From the human T2T-CHM13v2.0 reference genome, Homo sapiens, in assembly GCF_009914755.1 (NCBI RefSeq), contig NC_060928.1: 64,000 nucleotides of DNA; one strand, 5' to 3'. The notes under the pieces are model-generated. The model was not told where the DNA came from. It did not search any database and worked only from the letters and a program-made list of their open reading frames with translations. Shown in pieces: positions 1 to 14,271 of this stretch. The position numbers and the translations under genes were made by a program. How positions within the stretch are numbered: the first letter of the stretch is position 1; every line of letters begins with the position of its first letter.

Positions 1-651
1 TTGACTGAAATATTCCTTAAAATCCTCAAAGAGGCTCCATCTGTCTCTCTTCCCCTCTTTTTCTCCCATTATATACCCTCTGGAGCAGGAACTCTGTCGA
101 GAATCCGGGCCTTCTGTTTCTAAGTCCTCCACTGGGGCCGCTCTCAGCCCTTTTTCTGTGCTTCCTCATCCTCCCTGAGTCATGTTTTAGGTCTCCTTTC
201 CCCAAGCCAACTTTATCCTTTTGTATTGTCCTTTGGAAGCAAAGACACAGGTCATTTTGATTTAAGGGATTTGCTACTAATCCAGACAAAATAGAAAGCA
301 CAGGGATGTTCCAAAAGTTCAGAATCTGGACATAATCCACAGCTCTGTTCCCAATTCCTCACTCCTGGCCAAAGATGTAGAGGGACTGCAAACACAGTGT
401 TTGAAGCCAGAGAGATCCGGTGTTACTTGTTCCCCTGAGCAACATCAGCTCACTCTGGTGCTTTCCTTATTTCCCTACACCTCAGCCTCACACATCACAG
501 TCATCTCCACGGAGAGGATGCCCAAGAAATGCTGCTGAGGCAATATAAACTCAACCCCGTCCGTCAGAAAAGATAAACAGGCCACTCTCCAGATCACTTG
601 GATGGTGAATGCAGTTTTGAGCAAATCCACTCAAGTTTTCAGGTTAGACAA

Positions 652-1196
652 TGTGATGGTTACTACTGTCAACTTGATTGGATTGAAGGATGCAAAGTAT
701 TGTTCCGGCGTGTGTCCGTGAGGGCGTTACCAAAGGAGATTAACATTTGAAGTCAGTGGACTGGGAGAGGCAGACCCACCGCAATCTGGGTGGGCACCAT
801 CCAAGTAGCTGCCAGTAGCTAGAATAAAGCGGGCAGAAGAAAGTGGAATGAACAGACTCTCTGAGTCTTCCAGCCTCCATCTTTCTCCCGTGCTGGATGC
901 TTCCTGCCCTTGAACATCAGACTCCAACTTCTTCAGCTTTTGGACTCTTGGACTTCAACCAGTGATTTGCCAGGGCTATCAGGCCTTCGGCCACAGACTG
1001 AAGGCTGCACTGTTGGCTTCCCTACTTCTGAGATTTTGGGACTCAGACTGGCTTCCTTGCTCCTCAGCTTGCAGATGGCCTATTGTGGGACCTCACCTTG
1101 TGATTGTGTGAGTCAGTACTCCTTAATAAACCTCCCCTTCATAAACATACATCTGTCCTATTAGTTTTGTCCCTCTAGGCAACCCTGACTAATACA
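652..1196 (+). mobile_element. HERV-L solo LTR, MLT2A family (length fits MLT2A2)
   Basis: Starts TGTGATGGTT, ends GACTAATACA; perfect 5-bp TSD GACAA (647-651, 1197-1201); internal TTGATTGGATTGAAGGATGCAAAGTATTG and AATAAA typical of MLT2A. Confidence 0.9.
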
Positions 1197-1859
1197 GACA
1201 AGGTCAAAAATTAAGCCAGCACTGAAGGGGCATAACATGGAACTCCAGAATCACACAGCGGTAGGAAGAAACACTTCAGGTTATGGTTCCCCAGAAAAAA
1301 GAGATGGGGAAAAATCAGGAAATTTATCACTAGATCACATGAGATAATTCAGTTAGAGAGATACTTTTAAAACTGTGAATAACCACAGGTAAGACAAAGA
1401 GAATATTAGGCAGGCAACAAGAACCCATGACAGTTGTCCTTATAAATGAAAACGGCTTGCTGTAGTTATCAGTTCATAGATATGCCAGTCAGAACAAAGG
1501 TCAGGATTATTTCAGGATTTCAGGATTCCCATGCTTGTCCCTACAGGCAACTAGGGAAACCGGTATGAGTTAGCCTATAGAAGAGAACAGAGCTTACAGA
1601 GTAAGAACCCTGATCAAGCCAAACCTGATGTCCATCTATGTCTGGAATTTTCATTTGTATTATGTCCTTTTTCTCGTGGCTGTGGCTTAAAGCCCTGTGG
1701 CATGTCTACTGTGAGGCTCCTGGATGGTGAGCTATTCCAGAGAAATCTAGTCTTACAGAGATGAACATTTGACAGAAACTCCCTCTCTCATTATCTGTAA
1801 AAACTGAGCATTCATTGTTAGGTATAATAACAATATAGTGGGAACAGGAAGGGAGGTAC

Positions 1860-1955
1860 TGGGAACTAAGTTGAGTCTGCCACTTAATCATTTGATCATT
1901 TGAATTTTGCTGGGTGTCAGCTTCCTTATTTATAAAATAAGGATGTTAGAACAGA
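1860..1955 (+). mobile_element. MIR fragment
   Basis: Degenerate MIR core (tctgccactta...cagcttccttatttataaaataagga); boundaries approximate. Confidence 0.45.
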
Positions 1956-2059
1956 TACATGGTTTTAAAATTTAATTTTGACTTAACAACAAATTTTGAA
2001 TTTAATTTGACAACATAAACCTTCCCCATAGTTTTCTCCTGAATTAATTGTTACAAGTG

Positions 2060-2396
2060 TGTATTAGTCTGTTCTCATGCTGCTAATAAAGACATACTCA
2101 AGACTGGGTAATTTATAAAGGAAAGAGGTTTAATGGACTCCCAGTTCCATATGACTGGGGAAGCCTCACAATCATGGTGGAAGGCAAAGGAGAAGCAAAG
2201 GCACATCTTACATGCCTGCAGGCAAGAGAGCTTGTGCAGGAGAACTCCTATTTATAAAACCATCAGATCTCATGAGGCTTATTCACTACCATGAGAACAG
2301 TACGGGGGAACCACCCCCATGATTCAGTTATCTCCACCTGGCCCCACCCTTGACACCTGGGGATTATTACAATTCAAGGTGAGATTTAGGTGGGGA
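2060..2396 (-). mobile_element. THE1 (THE1C-like) MaLR solo LTR, lacking about 18 bp at its 5' end
   Basis: Plus strand reads TGTATTAGTCTGTTCTCATGCTGCTAATAAAGACATAC...GTGAGATTTAGGTGGGGA, the reverse complement of a THE1 LTR; terminal CACAGCCAAACCATATCA is absent. Confidence 0.88.
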
Positions 2397-2799
2397 GGAG
2401 GTGTTCTGGTTGAACAGGGGTGGGGCTGGAGCCCATCCACTCAGCTTCCCTGCAGCCCCCTAGGGCAGCCTAGAATCACCTCTAGGGAGGTCCAAGGCAC
2501 TGAGTAACACAGTCTGAGAACCTCTGAACTAGAAGCTCCCTGAGTTCCTAGCTTGGGTGGTTAGGAATTGTTAGTGCTGGATATACAGGTTTGTCCTTCA
2601 AATTGTTCTCAGTCTTCTAGCCCATTGATCCGCCACTTCCATTTGATCTTTAAGCTATATTAATACATGTTTGAGAAAAAGAAAATTAAATAATTTTAAC
2701 CACAAAAACGTTAATTTGCCTTAGACATCAGAATATGTTGAGCAAAATATTTGTCTCCAAAAGAATATTTCAAAAATTAAGTATAGCACCTGATAATGA

Positions 2800-3290
2800 A
2801 AATGTAATATTCCTAGGTTCCGATACACCACAAGGATCACACCCTTTGGGGATCTTTGGGACACTGGTCCAGGTCCCGTCTGGGCTCTCCATGATATCAT
2901 CAGGGACAATGTCGTCAGGGATCCAAGTGCTTTCCAGCTCTGCTTCATGTTGTTGGCAGGAGGCCCCTCCTTCTCATCCTTGTATCAGCTGCCTTCTCAT
3001 CACAAGATGACTATGTCCCTCTGGGCCCCATCCTCCCCTCCCCACCCACCCCGCCTCAGGCTTGAAGAGGAAAGAAGAGCGCAGGGCCAAAAAAACTTTG
3101 TCCTTTAGAAAGGATCTACCTTTTAGGCTGAGAATGGCACTCTCCCCAGAAACATCCCCATACATCTCAGTATCCTAGACCAAAAATGCCCACAGCCCCC
3201 TCTCAGGGAAAGGCAGTCAGGGAGAACGGTGGTACCAAGATTCTGATAATCTGACTGGACTGCAGGGACAGTCACATGATGATATATGGA
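2800..3290 (-). mobile_element. Ancient MLT1-type MaLR LTR remnant
   Basis: Degenerate motifs tcagggatccaagtgctttccagctctgct and catcacaagatgact resemble MLT1K/L reverse strand. Confidence 0.35.
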
Positions 3291-3634
3291 AGGCAAAAGA
3301 GGGGACTTCAGCCTCAAGGAAGCCTTTGCCTCTACCAGAGGAGCAGGAGGTTGGTGAAGGGAAAAGCTGGAAAAACCAAAAGTTGAGTTTCTCTGCAGAT
3401 CAAGGGGAGCTTACTCTGATGTTTCTGGTCTGATCTCTTTGGGGGCAGAGACTGGTCGGAGGAGGACACGATGGCTCACTCCTGAGGTCTCCTTCCATCG
3501 GAAGGCACAGCCCTCAGTTTAGCCTCAGCTTTCCCCTAGGAAATTTCTCTCACTCCTTCTCTTCTCCCTTTTCAACCACTGCTCGGTTCCTTCATCCCCC
3601 AGGTTTTACCGGGGCAGGCCTCGTGTTGACCACC

Positions 3635-3986
3635 TGCAATGGACTGAATGTTTGTGCCCCCCAAAATTGATATGCTGAAATCTAACCCCCAATGTGATGG
3701 TATTAGGAGGTGGAATCTTTGGGGTGTGATTAGATCATGAGGGTGGAACCCTCATGAATGGGATTAGTGCCCTAATAAAAGGGACCCCAGAGAGCTCTCT
3801 TGCCTTCTTTCTATCATGTGAGGATACAGCAAGAAGCCTGCAAACCAAAAGACGGCCCTCACCAGACCCCAACCATGCTGCCACCCTAATCTCAGACTTC
3901 CAGCCTCCAGAACTGTAAGAAATAAATTTCTGTGGTTTATAAGCCACCCAGTCTATGGCACCTTGTGATAGCAGCCCAAACTGACA
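3635..3986 (+). mobile_element. MLT1A/MLT1A0 solo LTR
   Basis: TGCAATGGACTGAATGTTTGTGCCCCCCAAAAT...GACTTCCAGCCTCCAGAACTGTAAGAAATAAATTTCTG...GCAGCCCAAACTGACA. Confidence 0.85.
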
Positions 3987-5064
3987 CCAACCTATGGTCA
4001 TTAACACTGCCTGAGGCTGAATGAGAGGCTTGCCAAACTCAAGCCTTCAGTATTAGGAAGCCCACTGTGCTCCACACCCAAGTCACGCCTTCACACAACC
4101 AGTATCAGAAATAAAGATGCTGTTCCTTTATCATCTGCCCCCCTCCTTTATTTTATCTGTGAATTGATTCTGAACTTGGGCAGTGAAAAGAGAGATGTTG
4201 TTTGTTGGATCTCTCCTCTCCACATCTAAACAGTGCCTAAAATAGTGAGAGCTTGATACTTTGTCAAATGAAAAATATACCCGATCCTTCCTCTAGGACT
4301 TCTGTGATTATGTAAATGTATATTCCCAGAGATGAGAATCAAAGCAGTTGACAGGCATATGAAACCTTTGACCAGTAAACAAGAACAGTGAATTATCTTA
4401 GTATTCGTGTTACTAATGAGACGCCTAGCACAGTACCTGGCATTTGTAATTGAATGATACGCATTCCAGCTCAGATTTTGGCACAGTATAAAGGAGAGAA
4501 GTCAGCAGCTAGAAAAGTTTTTCTCTCATGGTTTCTGGTCAAAACAGTGAGGTAGGAAAATAATTACCAAGAACATAAAAGCCTGGCTGTGAGAATATTC
4601 CTCAATGGCAGAAGCCCCTTCTTGTGTTCATATTAAAAGGCAGGACTGACCCTTGTGCAGTAGACAAATGATAATGTCAAGCTTTTGTTTTGCATAATGT
4701 TTGATTTGGGGCTCCAATTTGTCTCATGAAATGTCTGAATGTACAATAATACACAACATCTTAATGAAGTTCTAAGTTGATTTTATAAAGCAATGATAAG
4801 AATATTATTGGATGCAAAAATATAAAATTCTTGTATTCAGACATATATACAAAAGTAGCTGAAAATAGAACATCAGCAGAAACTGCTATTTATACCATTC
4901 AGTGCCAGGAGAATGTCATACCAGTTCTGGATGGATTCTCTCCAGGCCCTTGAACACAAAGGAAATGGATAAACTAACCCACTGCAAGTTTGAGGTTCTC
5001 TGTTACTTGCATCTGATCCCAATGCATATATAGGCGAGTCTTTATAGTCACATTTAATCTACAT

Positions 5065-5290
5065 GGGCTCTGGACTCCTACAAATCTAGGTTTGAATGCA
5101 GGCTGCACATTAATTAATTAATAGTTATAAAAGTGGGCAAATTATTCAGGCTCTCCACATCTCAGGTATCTCATTTGTAAAATAGAATAAAAGTGTATAT
5201 TTCTTATGGTAGGATTAAATGTAATAATGCAACCAAAGCACTTGGTACAGTGGAATGAGTGAATGTTAAATAAATGTTAGCTATTAGAAT
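5065..5290 (+). mobile_element. MIR
   Basis: ggtttgaat...ggcaaatta...ctcatttgtaaaatag...ggattaaatgtaataatgca...aataaatgttagctatta. Confidence 0.7.
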
Positions 5291-5921
5291 TAATGTTGAT
5301 AAGGATGAATAATAGTAACTACTGTAATTGGCCAAAGTGAAGGCACTTTCAACCTTACCATTGCATTGGGTGACTTTTATATTTGTCCTAAACCATCTTA
5401 AATTTAATTTGTGGGTCAACTAAAGTCTCAAGACAAAACAGCTACTCTTTCCACAGCAATAATGCAATTTACATTTCTTTTGTCATATTTAATGGATTTT
5501 AAGGTGCTTTGAAAATAGGTAGAGGTTTCAATGATGTTAGGCTGTTCTGACTGACAGCTAAGGCCCATGGAACTCTGTTACAAATTCTCTTAACAATTGC
5601 ACTTGAATTACCTGAGTAGGAAATTTGCTTGCTTGGTTATAGGGAAATGGTTGAACTTAAACATAAAAGGTTAAATGAAAACCCACATAATAAACTATAA
5701 TCATTGACTTTCAGATTGATAAGGCCAGGAAATTAAGGTGGTTAGCAAAAGGAGGCATTGTTCCATACGCGAGGAAAATCTGTACCTGCCAAATGAAATG
5801 CCACTGTGTCAGCTTCAAGATCTCCTGGGCTTTCTCTGTAAATGACAAAGACAGCTCCCAAAACAGGAGTGCTTGACAATGCTCAAAACCAGATGAAAAT
5901 AACATTACTCTGGAACAACTA

Positions 5922-6319
<398 letters not shown>

Positions 6320-6809
6320 AAAATATATAAAAAGAAAGCTCAATAATTTCTCATGATTCACATTCATAGCAGTTTTGATAAACTAACCATGCAGTCATCT
6401 GCAAGAATCCACAAGGAAGAAATTCCCATAAGATTGCGTTAACGTCCAAGCAAATTGACTCTTCCTGGACAAATGCATCACACTCTTTAGGTATTAATTC
6501 CAGAGTGGAAAATGTACAAACAACCTCAAATCAATGACAGTGACTCCCTGAAGCTCTATGTTAAGAAGAACAAGGTTGCAATGGCTTCTCCTGACTCTGG
6601 AGGAAAAAACAGTGTGATAGACCAACAATATCTTCTGCAAGTTCAGGATAGGGATGGTTGGTTTATGCTCTGACTGTACTTCATGTTCTCAACCTCCAAT
6701 ACTGCGTTTCTGGTCCTATCAGACCCTATGTCCCAGATATCACAGCTGAACATCTGCTTTCCTTCTCTGGACCTGGTCACACCAGTATTTGAATGAAGAC
6801 AGCGTATTC

Positions 6810-7560
6810 ATCATTCGCCAGTGATACAAACCCAATTCCAACCAGCCAAAGCAAAAAAATAGGAACTGTTGGTTCACTTAACTATGAAGTCCAGGGGTGC
6901 CACTGGTGTCCAGCACAGCAAGATTCAGAAGCTGCATCATGTCGCCAGGGATCCATTTCTCTCTCTTTCTTTCTTAGTCTCTTAGAAAGGCTTTCTGACC
7001 GTTTGCGGTGGCTCATGCCTGTAATCCCAGAACTTTAGGAGGCCACGGCGGGCAGATCACTTGAAGTCAGAAGTTTGTGACCAGCCTGGCCAACATCATG
7101 AAACTCCGTCTCTACTAAAAAATACAAAAATTAGCTGGGCCTGGTGTCACCCGCCTGTAATCCCAGCTACTGGGGAGGCTGAGGCAGGAGAATCGCTTGA
7201 ACCCAGGAGGCAGAGGTTTCAGTGAGCCGAGATTGCGCCACTGCACCCCAACCTGGGCAAGAGAATGAGACGCTGTCTCAAAAAAAAAAAAAAAGAAAGA
7301 AAGAAAAAAGAAAAAAAAAGAAAGGCTTTCTATAGAGAAGGCAGGATGGCCACCAGCAATGCCAGACTCACATCCCCCCACCTCAGCAATCACAGTGGAA
7401 GGTACACATTTTTTTCTAATAGCCCTTGGGAAATAAAAAATCCCAGGTAGGATTCTAATTGTCCCTGACTCCCTTACATGTAAATACTGAAACTGATAAC
7501 TAAAGCCAGGAGGGCTGTGTACTCTGATTGGCGGTATTTAGTTTTCACGTCCACTCAGGT
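6810..7560 (-). mobile_element. Ancient MLT1-type LTR remnant split by the Alu at 6997
   Basis: gccagtgatacaaacccaattccaacc...gaagtccagggg...ctctgattgg motifs resemble MLT1K/N reverse strand. Confidence 0.4.
6997..7318 (+). mobile_element. AluS
   Basis: Alu dimer with A/AAAG tail; perfect 13-bp TSD AGAAAGGCTTTCT (6984-6996, 7319-7331). Confidence 0.95.
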
Positions 7561-7999
7561 AGCTAAGAGAGGAAGGCCAGAATAAGCACCCTCTGATAAC
7601 TGATGCATGTGGAATGCATTCTCCACAGTGAGAGGGGTCTATTTCCAGAAGGAAGGGGGAACCAGGCTCCCCACATCCTGGCCAACTCTAGCCAAATGTT
7701 ATCATTAGGATCTGGTATCCTGTCCCATATCCCCAAGCAAGTATATGGGGACCTAATGTGCTGATAGATTTCTCTGTTCCTGTCTGCCTGCCTTGATTTC
7801 TCAACTCTGTGAATAGAACACCCATAACTTCTTGTAAGATGTACCCCCCCTAACAAAAGTTCAAGTGTTCTGTGTCCTACCTCCTATGCCATATGTTTGA
7901 TGCTAGGTCCTGCCTGCTGTTATGGCTTCCTCCCAGTTACTACATTTGAATTTTAAGAGGGTGACAGGCCCCACCCCATGCCAGAGAAAGGGATTAAGC

Positions 8000-8095
8000 A
8001 TAGTGAAGTGGGGAAAACTTTGACTTAGAGCCAGCTATATCTGGGTTCAAATTCTGATACTTCTACTTTCTAGCCATGTGACCTTGCACAAATTA
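8000..8095 (+). mobile_element. MIR 5' part, split by Tigger1
   Basis: ctgggttcaaattctg...tagccatgtgaccttgcacaaatTA; the MIR core resumes at 10744. Confidence 0.75.
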
Positions 8096-9218
8096 TAGGC
8101 ATACCTTGGAGTGATTGCATTTTTGGTTCCAGGCCACCTTAATAAGGCAATTTTTTTTTTTTGGTTTCCTAGTGCATAACAAATTATATTTACACTATAT
8201 TGTACCCTATTAGGTGCAATGATTATATCAAAAAAAATGTACATATCTTAATTAAAAATGCTTTATTGCTAAAAAATGCTACAAATCATGTGAACCTTCA
8301 GCAAATTGTAATCTTTTTGCTGGTGGAGGGTCTTGCTTGTTGATGGCTGCTGACTGATCAGGGTGGTGGCTGCTGAAGGATGAGGTGGCTGTGGCAATTT
8401 GTTAAAATAAGACAGCAATGAAGTTTGTCACATTGATCAACTCTTCCTTTCACAAATGATTTCTCTGTAGCATGCAATGCTGTTTGATAGCATTTTACTC
8501 ACAATAGAACCTCTTTCAAAATCGAAGTTAATCCTCTCAAACCCTTCACTGCTTTATCAATTAAGTAATGTTCTAAATCCTTTGTTGTCATTTCAACAAT
8601 GTTCACAACATCTTCACCAGGTGTAGATTCCATCTCAAGAAAGCAGTTTCTTTGCTCATCCATAAGAAGCAACTTCTCAGCCGTTCAAGTTTTATCATCT
8701 GACTATAGCAATTCAGTCTCGTCTTCAGGCTCCACTTCTAATGCTAGTTCTCTTGCTATTTCCACCACATCTGCAGTGACTTCTTCCACTGAAGTCTTGA
8801 ACCCCTCCAAGGCATCCGTGAGAGTTGAAGTCAACTTATTCCAAACTCCTGTTAAGGGTGATATTTTGACCTCCTCTCATGAATCACAGATGTTCTTAAT
8901 GGCATTGAGAATGGTGAATCCTTTCCAGAAGATTTTTAATTTACTTTGCCCAGATCCATCAAAGCAGTCACTATTTATGGCAGCTATAGCCTTACAAAAT
9001 ATATTTTTACAGAATAAGATTTGAAAGTTGAAATTCCTTGATCCATGGGCTGCAGAATAGCTGTTGTTTCCATAAGCATAAAAACAGCATTAATCTCCTA
9101 GTATCTCCATCAGAGTTCTTGGGCAACTAGAGGCATTGTCCATGAACAGTAATATTTTGAAGCGAATCTTTTTTTTGAGCAGTATGTCTCAACAGTGGGC
9201 TTAAAATATTCAGTAGAC

Positions 9219-9506
<288 letters not shown>

Positions 9507-9799
9507 AAATACTCAGTAGACCGTGCTGTAAACAGATGTGCTGTCATCCAGCCTTTGTTTTTTCATGTATGGAGTAAATTTAGCATAATTCTTAAGGGCT
9601 CTAGGAATTTCAGAATGGTAAATGAGCACTGGCATCAACTTAAAGCCACCAGCTGCATTAGCCCCTAACAAGAGAGAGAGTCAGCCTCTTCTTAGAAGCT
9701 TTCAAGCCAGGCATTGACTTCTCCACTTTAACTATGAAAGTCCTAGATGTCATCTTCTTCCAAGAGAAGGCTGTTTGATCTACATTGGAAATCTGCTGT

Positions 9800-10183
9800 T
9801 TAGCCACCTTTGTCAGTGATCTTAATTAGATCATCTGGATAACTTGCTGCAGCTTCTACATCAGCATTTGCTGCATCTCCTTGCACTTTTATGTTATGGA
9901 GGTGGCTTCTTTCCTTAAACCTCCTGAACCAACCTCTACTGTCATCATACTTTTTTTCTGCCACTTCCTCGCTTCTCTCAGCCCTCACAGAATTGAAGAG
10001 AGTTAGGGCCTTGCTCTGGATTAGGCTTTGGCTTAAGGACATGTTGTGGCTGGTTTGGTCTTCTATCCAGACCACTAAGACTTTCTCCGTGTCAGCAATA
10101 AGGCTGTTTTGCTTTTTTATCATTTGTGTGTTCATTGGAGCGGCACTCTTAATTTCCTTCAAGAACTTTTCCTTTGCATTCAC
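9800..10183 (-). pseudogene. Decayed Tigger1 transposase fragment (CENP-B-type HTH region, TIGD1-like)
   Basis: Translation [13 protein letters not shown]...[15 protein letters not shown]...[11 protein letters not shown]...[21 protein letters not shown]; flanked by frameshifts and stops, and the downstream part is disrupted by the Alu. Confidence 0.9.
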
Positions 10184-10743
10184 AACTTCACTGTTTGGTA
10201 CAAGAGGCCTACCTTTCGACCTGTCTCAACTTTCAACGTGCCTTCCTCACCAAACATAACCATTTCTAGCTGTTGATTTAAAGTGAGAGACGTGTGACTG
10301 CTCCTTTCACTTGAACACTGAGGGGCCATTGTAGAGTTATTAATTGGCCTAATTTCAATATTGTTGTGTCTCAGGGAATAGGGAGGCCTGAGGAGAAGGA
10401 GGGAGATGGGGAATAACCAGTCTGTGGAGCAGTCAAAGTATACAACATTCATTCACTAAGTTCACTGTCTTATATGAGCATGGTTGGTGGCACCCCAAAA
10501 CAATTATAATAATAACATCAAAGACCACAGATCACCACAACAGATATAACAACAATAAAAGAGTTTAAGATATTGCTTGAACTACCAAAATGTGACACAG
10601 AAACATGAAGAAAGCACGTACTGTTGGGAAAATGGCGCCTATAGACTTTCTCCACGCAGGATGGCCACAAACCTTCAATCTGCAAAAAACAAACTATGTG
10701 CGGAGCATACCAAAGCACAACACAATAAAACAAGGTGTGTCTG

Positions 10744-10792
10744 TATTTAACATCCCTGAACATATGCATTTCTTCATTCATAAAATGTGATT
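10744..10792 (+). mobile_element. MIR 3' continuation after Tigger1
   Basis: TAtttaacatccctgaa...tttcttcattcataaaatg continues the MIR core. Confidence 0.6.
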
Positions 10793-10844
10793 AAGCAAGT
10801 TAAGGTAGGGACACCCCAAGTGTCAGCTCTGCCCCCGTCCCTAA

Positions 10845-11327
<483 letters not shown>

Positions 11328-11879
11328 TAAAAGTTCAATATCATTCTACAGCTGGCTGACCCCTTCATTTCACATACTGCAGCTTAAGGCACGTGGTCAC
11401 CCTTTATCTTCATGGATTCTCAAGGACATGTGCTTGTTCCGGTGAACGCTTTCGCGGATTTCCCACCTCCACCGAATTCTCAGAACTGCCTTGTGTCTCA
11501 CCTCCTGTGGCAGTTCTATTCTCCCAACCCCAGGTCACCTGAAACATGCCATGCTGCCAGTTGTTTCTTTAATTCTCTTTCCTCAAAGTACAACTAACAT
11601 AAGCATGTGTTGCAGAATCCACTGAAGACTGGAGGTAATGGGATATGGGCACATCACAATGCAGCCAACAGTTTTAAATGAATGTGAGGTGCACAGGATG
11701 CCAGAGCCACGCAGACACTGCCACTTCAGCACATGCTCACTGGTCATCCTTGCTTATCAGACGCTGGGCTTCCTCCACGTTGGCAGGTTCTTGCCCACAT
11801 CCCCTCATCTGGCCATCTCCAACCTCTCTGAAAATTGTTCCTATTCATTTTTCAGGGAAAGCCCATCCCACAGGGATAA

Positions 11880-13442
11880 TTTATTTTTTTATTTTTGATT
11901 TGTTTGATTTTTAATTTTAATTTTTGTAGGTACATAGTAAGTGTATACATTTATGGTTGCATGAGATGTTTTGATACAGGCATGCAATGCATTGTAATCA
12001 CATCATGTAAAGTGGGGTATCCATCCCCTCAAGCATTTATCCTTTGTGTCAAAAACAATCCAGTTATACTCTTATTGTTATTTTTAAATGTACAATTAAA
12101 TTATTACTGACTATAGTCACCCTGTTGTGCTATCAAATATGAAGTCTTATTCATTCTTTCTATTTTTTTAAATACCCATTAACCATCCCCACCTCCCCCT
12201 ACCCCACTCTCCCACTACCCTTCCAAGCTTCTGGTAACCAACCTTGTATTCTCTATGCTCGCTCATGAGTTCAATTTTTTTGATTTTTAGATCTCACAAA
12301 TAAGTGAGAACATGCAATGTTTGTCCTTCTGTGCCTGGCTTATTTCGCTTAACATAATGATCTTCAGCTCCATCCATGTTGTTGCAAAGGACAGGATCTC
12401 GTTCCTTTTACGGCTGAATAGTACTCCATTGTGTACAAATAGCATATTTTCCTTATCCTTTCCTCTGCTGAGGGACACTTAGGTTGCTTCCAAATTTTGG
12501 CCATTGTGAACAGTGCTGCAACAAACATGGAGTGCTGATATCTCTTTGATATACTGATATCCTTTCTTAGGGGTGTATACCCAACAGTGGCATTGCTGCA
12601 TGATACGATAACTTCATTTTTAGTTTTTTGAGGAACCTCCAAACTCTTCTCCATGGTGGTTGCACTAATTTACATTCCCACCAATGTGTATGAGGGTTCC
12701 CTTTCCTCCACATCCTGGCCAGCGTTTGTTATTGCCTGTCTTTTGGATAAAATCCATTTTAACTGGAGTGAGATGATATCCTGATATCCCAGGAGTGCAT
12801 TGTAAGAGAAGGCACCACACCCAGAAGAGGGGAACAAGACCAACTTCTTGCAACCAAGTCAGGGGCTTCAAACGCTTTTTAATTTGCATTTCTCTGACGA
12901 GCAATGATGTTGAGCAACTTTTCATATGCCTGCTTGCCATTTGTATGTCTTCAGTTGAGAAGTGTATATTCAAATCTTACCTATTTTTAAATTAGATTAT
13001 TCGATTTTTTTTCCTATAAAATTGTTTGAGCTCCTTATGTACTCTGGTTATTAATCCCATGTTAATGTTAATGTTTGCAATATTTCCTCCCATTCTGTGG
13101 ATTGTCTGTTCACTTTGTTGATTGCTACCTTTGCTGTGCAGAAGCTTTCTAACTTGATGTGATCCCATTTGTCCATTTTTGCTTTGGTTGCCTGTGTTTG
13201 TGTGGTATTACTCAAGAAACTCTTGCCAAGACCAATGCCCTGGAGAGTTTCCCCAATGTTTTCTTGAAGCAGTTGCATAGTTTGAAGTCTTAGATTTAAG
13301 TGTTTAATCCATTTTGATTTGATTTTTGTATATGGTGAGAGATAAGGGTCTAGTTTCGTTCTTCTGCATACAGATACCCAGTTTTCCCAGCACCATTTAT
13401 TGAAGATATTGTCTTTTTCCCCAATGTAGGTTCTTGGCCTTT
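11880..13442 (-). mobile_element. L1MA (L1MA2/3-like) 3' UTR plus ORF2 C-terminus, 5'-truncated
   Basis: T-rich tail then gtacatagtaagtgtatacatttatg...ccatcccctcaagcatttatcc; minus-strand peptides [34 protein letters not shown] and MFVAALFTMAKIWKQPKCPS. Confidence 0.9.
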
Positions 13443-13703
13443 GTAGAAGGGGATGGTTCATTGTTGTCCCACTGCCTGGTAACAACTCAAGTGACAGAGC
13501 CTGGAAATGGGACCCAGAAGTATACTGTAAGAGAAGACACCACACCCAGAAGAGGGGGGCAACCCCAGCTTCTTGTACTCCAGTTGGGGGATTTGAACTT
13601 TTTGCATTCATGCAATGCAGGGAAGCATCTTATTTATCACCCTTGAAATTGCCATTTGGAGAAAGCATCTTAAAAGACCACCTGAGCAGTTTTTTAGAGT
13701 CAG

Positions 13704-14061
13704 TGTATTAGTCCATTCTCACACTGCTAATAAAGACATACCTAAGACTGGGTAATTTATAAAGGCAAGAGGTTTAACTGACTCTTGGTTCCACATTGTT
13801 GTGGAGGCCTCGGGAAACTTAAAATCACTGCAGAAGGCACCTCTTCACAAGGTGGCAGGATAGAGAATGAGTGCCCAGTGAAGGAGGAAGACTCTTATAA
13901 AACCATCAGATCTTATGAGAACTCACTATCACGAGAAGAGGATGGGGAATACCACCCCCATGATTCCATTATCTCCACCTGGTCCCTCTCATGACACATG
14001 GGGATTATGGGAACTACAATTCAAGATGAGATTTGGGTGGGAACACAGCCAAACCATATCA
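13704..14061 (-). mobile_element. THE1D-like solo LTR
   Basis: TGTATTAGTCC...CAGCCAAACCATATCA; perfect TSD GTCAG (13699-13703, 14062-14066). Confidence 0.92.
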
Positions 14062-14271
14062 GTCAGATACTTTGGGAAGGAATCCAAATGAATTTGCTGA
14101 ATGATGACTGGGTGAAGCAGTTTAATTATGTGCAACCTTTAATATAGCAGGGTATTTTTTAAAACCTCAATTTCAAGTTACTAAAAATGGATGAGACAAG
14201 ATTGTAAAGAGTTTAAATAAAAGCAGTGGAGAAGCAGTGTCATCACCACACCTACCTAAATCAAAAGAAAG

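Noticed and set aside
8599-9024. 141-aa Ser/Thr-rich ORF
   Set aside because: Antisense frame of the Tigger1 transposase region
13051-13611. 186-aa ORF joining unique sequence to L1 ORF2 peptide
   Set aside because: Chance read-through from flank into a decayed L1MA; no promoter or splice support, and neighbouring L1 frames are broken
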